A DNA stretch of 10,724 bases from Gemmataceae bacterium (lineage in GTDB: Bacteria; Planctomycetota; Planctomycetia; Gemmatales; Gemmataceae): contig DASZFN010000971.1 of the NCBI GenBank assembly GCA_035939715.1, positions 1 to 10,724 of the forward strand. The letters are read 5' to 3'. The notes under the pieces are model-generated. The model searched no databases and was not told where the DNA came from. It was given only the letters and a program-made list of their open reading frames with translations. Positions 1 to 7,327 of this stretch are shown here, one piece after another (position 1 is the first letter of the stretch; every line of letters begins with the position of its first letter). The translations under genes and the position numbers were made by a program.

Positions 1-58
1 GCAGTGACGCTCGGATTTTTGTCGTGTCCGGAGCCTCGGTGCGGTACACTCCCTGGTT

Positions 59-601
59 ATGCAAAGCAAAGCGACGACCGTGGAACAGTATCTTTCCGAA
101 TTGCCGGCGGAGCGGCGGGCGGCGCTGGAAGCCGTGCGCAGCGTTGTTCTGGCCAACCTCGACAAGGATTACGAGGAGGGGATGCAGTACGGCATGATCG
201 GCTATTACGTGCCGCACCGCGTCTTTCCCGCCGGCTATCACTGCGATCCGAAGCAGCCCTTGATGTTTGCCGGGCTGGCGTCGCAGAAGAACCACATGGC
301 GCTCTATCTCATGTGCGTCTATGGTCAGGGGCCGTTGGCCGAGTGGTTCCGCGAGGCCTGGGCGAAGACCGGCAAGAAACTCGACATGGGCAAGGCCTGC
401 ATTCGCTTCAAAAAAGTCGAGGATCTGGCGCTCGACGTGATCGGCGCGGCGGTTCAGCGCGTGCCGGTCAAGAAGTATGTCGACAGCTACGTGGAGCTCA
501 GGCGCATGATGGATGCGCGCACGACGAAAGGTCCGCCTGGAAAGAAGACGCGCGGAAAAGCGGGCAAGCAAGCAGCGAAGCCGGTGCGGAAGAAAGCATA
601 A
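59..601 (+). CDS. DUF1801 (YdhG-like) domain protein with a Lys-rich C-terminal tail
   Basis: 180-aa ORF. The N-terminus MQSKATTVEQYLSELPAERRAALEAVRSVVLANL...YGMIGYY is the canonical DUF1801/YdhG signature. The C-terminal ~35 aa are K/R/G/A-rich low complexity (GKKTRGKAGKQAAKPVRKKA). The stop is TAA at 599-601. No strong SD is visible upstream of the ATG. The overlapping ORF 4..807 in another frame has no recognisable domain. Confidence 0.78.
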   Translation: MQSKATTVEQYLSELPAERRAALEAVRSVVLANLDKDYEEGMQYGMIGYYVPHRVFPAGYHCDPKQPLMFAGLASQKNHMALYLMCVYGQGPLAEWFREAWAKTGKKLDMGKACIRFKKVEDLALDVIGAAVQRVPVKKYVDSYVELRRMMDARTTKGPPGKKTRGKAGKQAAKPVRKKA

Positions 602-602
602 C

Positions 603-827
603 TCAGCTTGTGGCCAAGCTCTGTTCAGCGAACTCCAACACAGTTACGACTTGCTCGCGGCCGACGCCTGAAAACCAATCGAGGAAGTCATCGACCGTAG
701 CGCCGTCCTCAAGGTTTTCAAAGAGCGACTTCACGGGCACACGAGTCCCGCGGAATACCCACGCGCCACTCATCTTGTCGGCGGAGCGTTCGACCGCTGC
801 ACAATGACGCCAATCAAGCATCGGCAT
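603..827 (-). CDS. DUF433 domain protein (orphan; antitoxin-like small DNA-binding fold)
   Basis: The C-terminal 56 aa, MSGAWVFRGTRVPVKSLFENLEDGATVDDFLDWFSGVGREQVVTVLEFAEQ, match the DUF433 core (GkPvIrGTRipV ... dIl.dYP.lt.e.v.aal.yA). The listed ORF reaches 929, but the only SD-like sequence (GAGGTG) lies just upstream of the ATG at 827 (alternative 821), which gives a typical ~74-aa DUF433 protein. The start is uncertain (773/821/827/929 are all possible). The TAA stop at 603-605 lies 1 nt from the convergent DUF1801 stop. Confidence 0.55.
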   Translation of the reverse strand: MPMLDWRHCAAVERSADKMSGAWVFRGTRVPVKSLFENLEDGATVDDFLDWFSGVGREQVVTVLEFAEQSLATS

Positions 828-962
828 GGAACACCTCAGGTTCATTCGGCAGCCACAAAATGACATTATTACAAGCCGACGACTTGCATGCGAGGGAATC
901 CAGCGGCAGGCCAATCTGATGCTCGTCATCGATTCTGCTACGGCAGCAATGGGAATCAGGCA

Positions 963-2639
963 CTAGGCCGGCAATCGTCCCTTCGCTGACAGCGGAGCGG
1001 CTACAGTCTCCGCAGGCGGGACTGCCGGCCCCGGCTTCACGGAAACCACGGTCGCCTCCTTCTGGTCTGCAGCCTTCTCCGGTGTGAGCTTGCCAAAGAA
1101 ATCGGGCAGCTCCACGCCGCCGATGTCTTTCATGACCTGCATGATGGGCGGCATGGTGCGGGCCAGGCCTTGCAGGAAATGCGACGTGGCATTGGCGCCG
1201 TTGCCGTTCGTGCCGTTTTCCCAGACGACCACTTTATCAAACTTGATCTGCGAAATGGCCTGGGCCGATGCCTGGGTGAGGGCGTCGAGATGCTCGAGCA
1301 AGAGCATTTGGAAAGCCGCCTGGGCGCCGCCGCAGGCCTCGATGATCGAGCGCAGACCCTCGCCTTTCTTGGCCAGGATTTCATATTGACCGCGCGCCTC
1401 GGCTTCCAGCTTGGCGAAGATGGCCTTGGCCTGGCCCTCGGCTTCGATGCGGCGTTTTTCCGCCTCGGCCTCGGCTTCCACGATGACCCTGGCCTTTTCC
1501 GCCTTGGCGGGCGCTTCCACGGAGGCACGGCGCTCGGCCTCGACGCGCTCGGCCTGGGCCAGAGCAGCCTTGGCCATGGCGCGGTTCTGCGCCTCCTGCA
1601 CGGCGGCCTCGGCTTCACGCTTGCGCGTTTCGCCGAGCTTGTAGGACTCGGCTTGCTTGACCTGCAAGGCCGCCTGGGCCGCCGCGACCTGCGCCTGGGC
1701 CTCGTTCTCGCCGACAATGGCTTTGGCATTGGCATCGGCCGTGGCGATGCGCATGGCGCGCTCGGCATCCTTGACCTGGGCATCGCGTTCGTAGCAAGCG
1801 GTTTGCTCGCCGACTTTCTGTTCCTTCTCCAGCTGGGCCACGCGCACCGCTTGCTCGCGCTGCGCCTCGCGCATGCCGATCTCGCGCAGCTTGTGGGCGT
1901 TGGCGACCTGGATGGTCTTCTCGCGGTCGGCCTCGGCAACGCCGATCGAGCCCATTTTTTCCTGCTGGGAGACGTCGATGGCGGCCTGCTGGATAGCCTG
2001 CGAAGCCGCTTTCTTGCCGATCGCGGCAATGTAGCCCGACTCGTCGGTGATGTCGGTGATATTCACATTGATGAGCACCAGGCCGATCTTACGCAGCTCG
2101 GGCTCCAGGGAAGTCAGGATCTTATGCAGGAATTGCTCGCGGTGCCGATTGATGTCCTCGATGCACATGGAGGCAATGACCTGGCGGAGCTGGCCGAAGA
2201 TGATGTGCTCGGCCTGGGTCTTGATGTCCTCGGCGCTCAGCCCGAGGAGGCGGATGGCGGCATTATTCATGACCTCGGTCTCGGTGCCGATGGCCACGGT
2301 AAAAATGCTCGGCACATTGACGCGGATGTTTTCGATGGACAGAGCGCCCTTGAGCGGGATCTCGATCTGGATCGGCTCCAGGTTGAGAAAGGCGTGGTCC
2401 TGAACGAGCGGCCAGACAAACGCCGCGCCGCCGCTGACGCATTTGGCGGCGTCGCCGCGACGCACCTTGCCGAATATGACCAGGACGCGGTTAGGCGGAC
2501 AGCGGCGAAAGCGCTTGGCGACGAACGTCAAGATGCTGAACGCGAACAGCGCCAGCGCCACGACGGCGATGACCAGATAGTGCTCGGCGACAAAGCCGCC
2601 CACAGTGGGAACCCTGGCAAGGAGCGCGGTGTACGACAT
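963..2639 (-). CDS. floT: Flotillin-family protein (SPFH/band-7 domain, FloT/YqiK type)
   Basis: An N-terminal TM helix (HYLVIAVVALALFAFSILTFVAKRF) is followed by an SPFH domain (VLVIFGKVRRG...AFVWPLVQ...IENIRVNVPSIFTV...), a long Glu/Ala-rich coiled coil (EAEAAVQEAQNRAMAKAALAQAERVEAERRA..., the flotillin domain) and a C-terminal tail. The preferred start is the ATG at 2639, preceded by GGGGAGG with 8-nt spacing. The upstream in-frame ATG at 2675 lacks an SD. The stop is TAG at 963-965. It lies directly downstream of an NfeD gene, as in yuaF-floT / yqiJ-yqiK operons. Confidence 0.85.
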   Translation of the reverse strand: MSYTALLARVPTVGGFVAEHYLVIAVVALALFAFSILTFVAKRFRRCPPNRVLVIFGKVRRGDAAKCVSGGAAFVWPLVQDHAFLNLEPIQIEIPLKGALSIENIRVNVPSIFTVAIGTETEVMNNAAIRLLGLSAEDIKTQAEHIIFGQLRQVIASMCIEDINRHREQFLHKILTSLEPELRKIGLVLINVNITDITDESGYIAAIGKKAASQAIQQAAIDVSQQEKMGSIGVAEADREKTIQVANAHKLREIGMREAQREQAVRVAQLEKEQKVGEQTACYERDAQVKDAERAMRIATADANAKAIVGENEAQAQVAAAQAALQVKQAESYKLGETRKREAEAAVQEAQNRAMAKAALAQAERVEAERRASVEAPAKAEKARVIVEAEAEAEKRRIEAEGQAKAIFAKLEAEARGQYEILAKKGEGLRSIIEACGGAQAAFQMLLLEHLDALTQASAQAISQIKFDKVVVWENGTNGNGANATSHFLQGLARTMPPIMQVMKDIGGVELPDFFGKLTPEKAADQKEATVVSVKPGPAVPPAETVAAPLSAKGRLPA

Positions 2640-2690
2640 AGGTGATACCTCCCCGGAAGTAGGACGGATTGGCAATCCGTCCCACAGAAT

Positions 2691-3284
2691 TTAGGCTTCG
2701 GCGACCTCAACGGTTCCGGGGCTGACCACCCCGAGCACAACGACGTCGGCGCCGGTGGGCAGCTCCCGTTGCGCAGTCACCGCTTGATATTCCATGAGCC
2801 GATTTTGCACCTTGACGTGCACCTTGCCCGCGCCGCCTCTTTGGCCGGGGATGGTCAGGTACACCTTGGCCGGGGCGCCGACCGCCCGTTCGATACGGAC
2901 GGAGCCGTCACTTTGCAGCTTGGCCAGGGTTTGCATGACCCAGGCGACCGTCACCATGGCTGCGCCGCCCGCGGCGACGGCGATCGCCAGGGGCAGCAAG
3001 GGTCCCTGCGTGACGCGCGCCGAAGCGGCCACACCGGCCAGGCCGAAGAACAAGAGCGCGGCGACAATGGTGCGAAAGGTCAGCAGCTTGAAAAACCACG
3101 AGCCTTCTTCGTGATGCCCAGGTTGGTGATGAAAGTGGCCGGTCTCGTGCTGCGTGTCGCCGGCGTCATCGGCGTGATCGCCGCCGAGATCGTGATGCCC
3201 GCCCAGGCCGATGAGTGCCAATACGAACTGGCAAAGCATCAAGGTTCCGCCCAGGATCGCACAGATCAGGTAGACGGTTTCCAT
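2691..3284 (-). CDS. nfeD: NfeD-family membrane protein (YuaF/YqiJ-like, flotillin partner) with a His-rich loop
   Basis: 197 aa with three hydrophobic helices, then a C-terminal OB-fold-like soluble segment (KVHVKVQNRLMEYQAVTAQRELPTGADVVVLGVVSPGTVEV) typical of NfeD short homologs. Its stop is 51 nt upstream of the flotillin start on the same strand. There is a His/Asp-rich insert between TM1 and TM2. Confidence 0.75.
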   Translation of the reverse strand: METVYLICAILGGTLMLCQFVLALIGLGGHHDLGGDHADDAGDTQHETGHFHHQPGHHEEGSWFFKLLTFRTIVAALLFFGLAGVAASARVTQGPLLPLAIAVAAGGAAMVTVAWVMQTLAKLQSDGSVRIERAVGAPAKVYLTIPGQRGGAGKVHVKVQNRLMEYQAVTAQRELPTGADVVVLGVVSPGTVEVAEA

Positions 3285-3703
3285 GACTGCACCCCTTGCA
3301 TTGTCTGGCAGGCTGCATGATGGACCGCCGCCAGAGCGCTGTCAACTAGTTTGACGCATGTTTTTCGCCCGGAAATACGCCATTCCAGCGACCGGCATAC
3401 CGTGCGTGCCACCTGTGTCGGTTAATCGGCATCGAGTTGTTCGGACGGCTCGCAGGTTGCAGCCGTATCGTTTCCTTGTTATTCGCTCGGCTAAGTGCCT
3501 GATTTGAGATCCACTCGCATCCGCTTTCATTGCTTTCCTCCAAGCGTCTTATCGCTTCATTCTAGCCGCGATTAGGAACCGGCGAACCCAAGATTCACTC
3601 CCGTCGCGATCGTTCAAACTGTTTCCGCTCTTCCCCGTCTAACTACTGGACGCAATAATCCATGCGCTGAAGTTGCGCGACGCCTGTACATACGGAGGTT
3701 CCC
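3285..3703. promoter_or_regulatory. Divergent intergenic regulatory region between nfeD-floT (- strand) and the A2M gene (+ strand), containing a palindromic operator-like site
   Basis: 420 bp, lower GC than the flanks. The inverted repeat GTCAA-CTAGT-TTGAC lies at 3341-3355. On the - strand it reads ...GTCAAACTAGTTGACAGCG..., giving a perfect TTGACA -35 hexamer followed 17 nt later by CATCAT, about 57 nt upstream of the nfeD ATG. A partial second copy, TTCAAACTGTTTC, lies at 3611-3623. SD motifs are present for both flanking genes. Confidence 0.4.
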
Positions 3704-6700
3704 ATGCTACAAGGTCGTTTCTCACCCGTGACTCGCGGCAGCCTGGCGATGACCATGCTGGCTGTTGCGGCCGTGGTTTCTCTGAGCCGGCCGGGTAATC
3801 AAGGCGAAGCAGCTTCCGAGAAGCCGGCAGCGGAGTTTGCTATGAAGGGTCATGAGACCTCTGTGGACGTCGGCCAGGAATTCTTTGCCGGCACCTCCGC
3901 GTCCATTCGTTGCGCCGTCCGCGCCGTCAAATCCATCAGCGAAACCGTGCCGCTGCCCGATTCCGAAGTCAATGTGCAACTGCGTGCGAAGGATGGACAG
4001 GCCTTCCCACTGGCGGCCGGGAAGACCGATGCCGGTGGCAATCTGGACGCAACCTTCCGGGTGCCCGAAGTGCCGGCCGGGCAGTACACCTTGGCGGTCG
4101 CCACCCGCTCAACGCTTGGCCAACAAAAGTTGGAACGCACCGTGCAGGTGAAGACCGGCGCGAAGATTCTGCTGGTCACCGATAAGCCGCTCTACCAACC
4201 GGGGCAGATCATGCACATTCGGGCTCTGTCCCTGCGGCCGTTCGACTTGAAGCCGGTGGCCGGCTCGGAGCTGACCTTTGAAGTCGAGGATTCCAAAGGC
4301 AACAAGGTCTACAAACGGACACAAAAGACGTCCGACTTCGGCGTCACCTCGATCGACTTCCAGCTTGCCGATGAAGTCAACATGGGCGATTACCACATCC
4401 GCGCCCTGGTCGGAGATCATCAGACGGACAAAACCGTCACCGTCAAGAAGTATGTGTTGCCCAAGTTCAAGTCGGAACTGTCCGTGGACAAGCGGTTTTA
4501 CATGCCCAAGGAAATCATTCACGCCGATTTGCAGACGGACTATTTCTTCGGCAAACCGGTGGCCAACGGCAAGATAAAGGTGGTTGCCAGCACTTTCGAT
4601 ATCCAGTTCCGCGAGTTTCAAACCTGGGAGGGCCAGACCGATGCGAACGGGCATACCAAGTTTGAAATCAAACTGCCGGATTATTTCGTCGGCCAACCGC
4701 TGCAGAAGGGGGACGCCCTGGTGCGCCTGGAGGCAAAGGTGACGGACACGGCCGATCACATGGAAACCATCAGCAAATCGTACACGGTCAGCGATCAGCC
4801 GATTCGCGTGAGCCTGATTCCCGAGGGCGGCAGGCTGGTGCCCGGCATGGAGAACCGCATCTATGCGGCGGCAATTTACCCGGACGGCAGTCCGGCCGCC
4901 TGCGAGGTCAATCTCTGGATCGGCAGCCAGGCCAAGGATGAGCCGTTTGCTACCGTCAAGACCAACGAAGCCGGGTTGGCGGAGTTCAAGCTGACGCCCA
5001 AGGCGGAGCAGTTGCGGCAAGGTCCGTGGGAACAGAAACCGCTGGAAATGCTGGGCGGCCAGGCCGCCAACGCCTGGGGGCCCAAAATGCTTTTCGATGT
5101 TTTCGTCCAGGTCCGCGACGGCAAGGGCAGCAGCGCTCGCGCGCACGCCGAGATCAACAGCGATCCTCTGGGCGAGAATATCGTCCTGCGGCTCGACAAG
5201 GCGATCTATCGCGCCGGAGACACGCTTAACATGGAAACGCGTTCCTCCGCGGGCTTGCCGACGGTTTATTACGATGTCGTCAAGAATGGCCAGGTGCTCC
5301 TCACGAAATGGCTGGATTTCAAGGACGGCGCCGGACATTACCAGCTCGACCTGCCGGCGGACCTCTTCGGCACGCTGGAAGTGCACGCTTACCAGATGCT
5401 CAGCACCGGCGAGATCATTCGCGATAGCCGCGTGATCTATGTGCAGCCGCGCGACGATCTCAAGATTGCCATCAAGCCGGACAAGGAAGTCCATGTGCCG
5501 GGCGAGAGCGGGCGGATTCATTTCCAGGTGACCGACGCGGAAGGCAAGCCGGCCGCGGCGGCGCTGGGCGTGCTGATCGTGGACGAGGCAGTCTATGCCT
5601 TGCAGGAGATGCAGCCCGGCCTCGAGAAGGTTTACTTCACGCTGCAAGAGGAATTGCTCAAGCCGAAGACAGAGGTCATCTTCAAGCCGCGCGCTTCGAT
5701 CGACACACTGGTGCGCGAGTCTGAGATTCCCGCGGACAAGCAGCAGATCGCCCAGGTGCTGTTGACCTCGGTCAAGCCGAAGCTGCCGAGCCGCTGGCAG
5801 GTGGCGCCGGAGATCGAACGCCGGCAAAAGGTCGAGGAGCAGGTGCAGCAAATCGGCTTCGCCCTGTATAGCTTTGCCGCCAATCAGAATCAGCCAGTGC
5901 TCCGCTACGATGCAGCCGCCAGGCGCTGGGACTTTGACCCGAAGCTGCTGGGGACGGTCCTGAAAGCCCAATATGTGGATGCGGCCGCTCTCAAGAACCC
6001 GCTCGGCGGCCTGTGGACGTTGCAGGACCTGGCCAAACTCGAAAAGGAATTCACCCCCAATCATTTGGCGCGGGCAGTAACGCAAGCGCGGATGCAGCAA
6101 GTATTCTGGACGTTCATCAACTATACGAACGCCAATAAGGGGAACTACTTTCAGAACGGCGAATGGTCCTTCCCCGAAACGGTGCTGACGGCCGCTGCCC
6201 GGAGCCAGCGCCTCGCCGGCTGGTGGCTGAAGGACGCCTGGGGAAAGACGATCAAGCTGGCCAAGCGTGACAAGAAGTCCGAGCACCAGACGGGCTGCAC
6301 GCAACTTGATTACTACGACTTCGTCTCGGCCGGGCCGGATGGAGAGTTCGGCACTGCCGACGATGTGAAACTGCCACCCATGAATGAGTGGCAAAATGCC
6401 ACCTTTTGGTGGAGCAGCGCGGCGCGGCACGGCCAACAGCAAAATTGGCGTAGGCGAGACCTGGCCGGCCGGTGGGGCGGCGGCCCCCGCTTTCGAGGAG
6501 CGGCCTTAGGAGGCATGGGCGGAGGCATGGGTGGCATGAATGCCCCGGGCGCCGCAGCGCCGATGCCCATGGCCGCCTTGCGCATGGAAGTAATGGACAG
6601 AGTTGCGAAGAACGGCGGCGCGGCGAAGCCTGACACCGCTGGCGGCGCCCCACCAGCGACTCGAATTCGCGAGTTCTTCCCTGAGACCATGCTCTGGCAA

Positions 6701-7327
6701 CCCGCCCTCATTACCGATGATCAAGGCAACGCCGAGCTGCCCGTCAGCTTTGCCGACTCCATCACGACGTGGCGGTTGACCGCTTCCGCCTCTTCGCGAT
6801 CTGGGCTGCTGGGCGGCGTGACTGCTCCCCTGCGAGTCTTCCAGGACTTCTTCGTCGATCTCGATCTACCCGTCACGCTGACGCAGAACGATGAAGTCGC
6901 CTTTCCGGTGGCGGTTTACAACTATCTGAAGACTCCGCAAACCGTGAAGCTGGAACTGCAGCGCGAGTCGTGGTTCGACTTGACCGATTCCGCCGACTAC
7001 ACGCGCTCCCTCGAACTTCAGCTCAATGAAGTGACGGCGGTCAAGTTCCGTATCAAGGCCCGGCGCATCGGCGCCCAGCCGCTCCTCGTGAAAGCCTCCG
7101 GCTCCAAGATGTCCGATGCCATCAAGCGGACCATCGAAGTCGTGCCCGACGGCAGCCGCGTGGAAAAGGTCGTGACCGACCGCCTGACGGGAAAGGTCAT
7201 GCAGGTGATCGAAATTCCGGAAGGCGCCATTGCGGACGCCTCCAAGATTCTCGTGAAGCTCTATCCCGGCGTCTTCAGCCAGGTCATGGAAGGGATGGAA
7301 GGCATGCTGCACATGCCGTTTGGCTGA
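3704..7327 (+). CDS. Alpha-2-macroglobulin family protein, N-terminal 1,207 codons (signal peptide, MG domains, bait-like region), ending at an in-frame TGA at the thioester Cys position
   Basis: There is a strong SD (ACGGAGG, 5 nt, ATG). The N-terminal signal peptide (MTMLAVAAVVSLS) has no lipobox Cys. MG-domain signatures are present (KILLVTDKPLYQPGQIMHIRALSLRP; GDYHIRALVGDHQTDKTVTVKKYVLPKF). The A2M hallmark REFFPETMLWQP...DSITTWRLTASASS is followed by LPVTLTQNDEVAFPVAVYNYL. The ORF ends ...GMLHMPFG-TGA, which aligns to the human A2M LLQMPYG-C-GEQ. Confidence 0.85.
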   Translation: MLQGRFSPVTRGSLAMTMLAVAAVVSLSRPGNQGEAASEKPAAEFAMKGHETSVDVGQEFFAGTSASIRCAVRAVKSISETVPLPDSEVNVQLRAKDGQAFPLAAGKTDAGGNLDATFRVPEVPAGQYTLAVATRSTLGQQKLERTVQVKTGAKILLVTDKPLYQPGQIMHIRALSLRPFDLKPVAGSELTFEVEDSKGNKVYKRTQKTSDFGVTSIDFQLADEVNMGDYHIRALVGDHQTDKTVTVKKYVLPKFKSELSVDKRFYMPKEIIHADLQTDYFFGKPVANGKIKVVASTFDIQFREFQTWEGQTDANGHTKFEIKLPDYFVGQPLQKGDALVRLEAKVTDTADHMETISKSYTVSDQPIRVSLIPEGGRLVPGMENRIYAAAIYPDGSPAACEVNLWIGSQAKDEPFATVKTNEAGLAEFKLTPKAEQLRQGPWEQKPLEMLGGQAANAWGPKMLFDVFVQVRDGKGSSARAHAEINSDPLGENIVLRLDKAIYRAGDTLNMETRSSAGLPTVYYDVVKNGQVLLTKWLDFKDGAGHYQLDLPADLFGTLEVHAYQMLSTGEIIRDSRVIYVQPRDDLKIAIKPDKEVHVPGESGRIHFQVTDAEGKPAAAALGVLIVDEAVYALQEMQPGLEKVYFTLQEELLKPKTEVIFKPRASIDTLVRESEIPADKQQIAQVLLTSVKPKLPSRWQVAPEIERRQKVEEQVQQIGFALYSFAANQNQPVLRYDAAARRWDFDPKLLGTVLKAQYVDAAALKNPLGGLWTLQDLAKLEKEFTPNHLARAVTQARMQQVFWTFINYTNANKGNYFQNGEWSFPETVLTAAARSQRLAGWWLKDAWGKTIKLAKRDKKSEHQTGCTQLDYYDFVSAGPDGEFGTADDVKLPPMNEWQNATFWWSSAARHGQQQNWRRRDLAGRWGGGPRFRGAALGGMGGGMGGMNAPGAAAPMPMAALRMEVMDRVAKNGGAAKPDTAGGAPPATRIREFFPETMLWQPALITDDQGNAELPVSFADSITTWRLTASASSRSGLLGGVTAPLRVFQDFFVDLDLPVTLTQNDEVAFPVAVYNYLKTPQTVKLELQRESWFDLTDSADYTRSLELQLNEVTAVKFRIKARRIGAQPLLVKASGSKMSDAIKRTIEVVPDGSRVEKVVTDRLTGKVMQVIEIPEGAIADASKILVKLYPGVFSQVMEGMEGMLHMPFG
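6461..6672 (+). other. Gly/Met/Ala/Pro-rich low-complexity segment immediately upstream of the FPETxLW motif (putative bait region of the A2M)
   Basis: The translation is LAGRWGGGPRFRGAALGGMGGGMGGMNAPGAAAPMPMAALRMEVMDRVAKNGGAAKPDTAGGAPPATRIREFFPETMLW. The position corresponds to the protease-sensitive bait region of A2M family proteins. Confidence 0.5.
7325..7327 (+). other. In-frame TGA codon replacing the thioester cysteine of the A2M C-x-E-Q motif (candidate selenocysteine codon, or a nonsense lesion)
   Basis: ttt ggc TGA atg gag cag translates F G * M E Q, against the canonical F/Y G C G/L E Q. The upstream and downstream ORFs are in the same frame with no other interruption. An imperfect 13-bp hairpin at 7339-7378 starts 11 nt after the TGA. 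Confidence 0.6.

Noticed and set aside
4-807. 267-aa + strand ORF spanning the DUF1801 and DUF433 region
   Set aside because: It is in a different frame from the DUF1801 ORF, which has a canonical family N-terminus. Its translation is R/G/A-rich with no recognisable domain.
930-962. Possible terminator hairpin (CTGC-TACG-GCAG) after the flotillin stop
   Set aside because: It has only a 4-bp stem and no U-tract. It is too weak to call an intrinsic terminator.
1380-1720. Repetitive ggcctcggcttc / gcctgggcc nucleotide motifs resembling a tandem repeat array
   Set aside because: They are explained by codon-level repetition encoding the Glu/Ala-rich coiled coil (EAEA..., AQAA...) of the flotillin domain. 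They are not an independent repeat element or CRISPR array.
1170-2645. 491-aa + strand ORF and 299-aa - strand alternate-frame ORF (1130..2029) overlapping the flotillin gene
   Set aside because: The sense frame encodes a textbook SPFH/flotillin protein. The overlapping frames are low-complexity (G/L/D/R-rich or R/P/S-rich), which is typical of high-GC artefacts.
3342-3543. Two 62-65-aa ORFs on the - strand inside the nfeD/A2M intergenic region
   Set aside because: There is no SD, and they overlap each other in different frames. The region is better explained as promoter/5'-UTR DNA. It could hide a small RNA, but there is nothing to support one.
4109-6442. 777-aa ORF on the - strand opposite the A2M gene (also 6252..6653, 6313..6711, 6506..6724, 6866..7312 and 7340..7969 on the - strand)
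   Set aside because: These are antisense to a gene with unambiguous A2M-family homology. Their translations are R/L/G/A/P-rich with no motifs, which is typical of open antisense frames in high-GC DNA.
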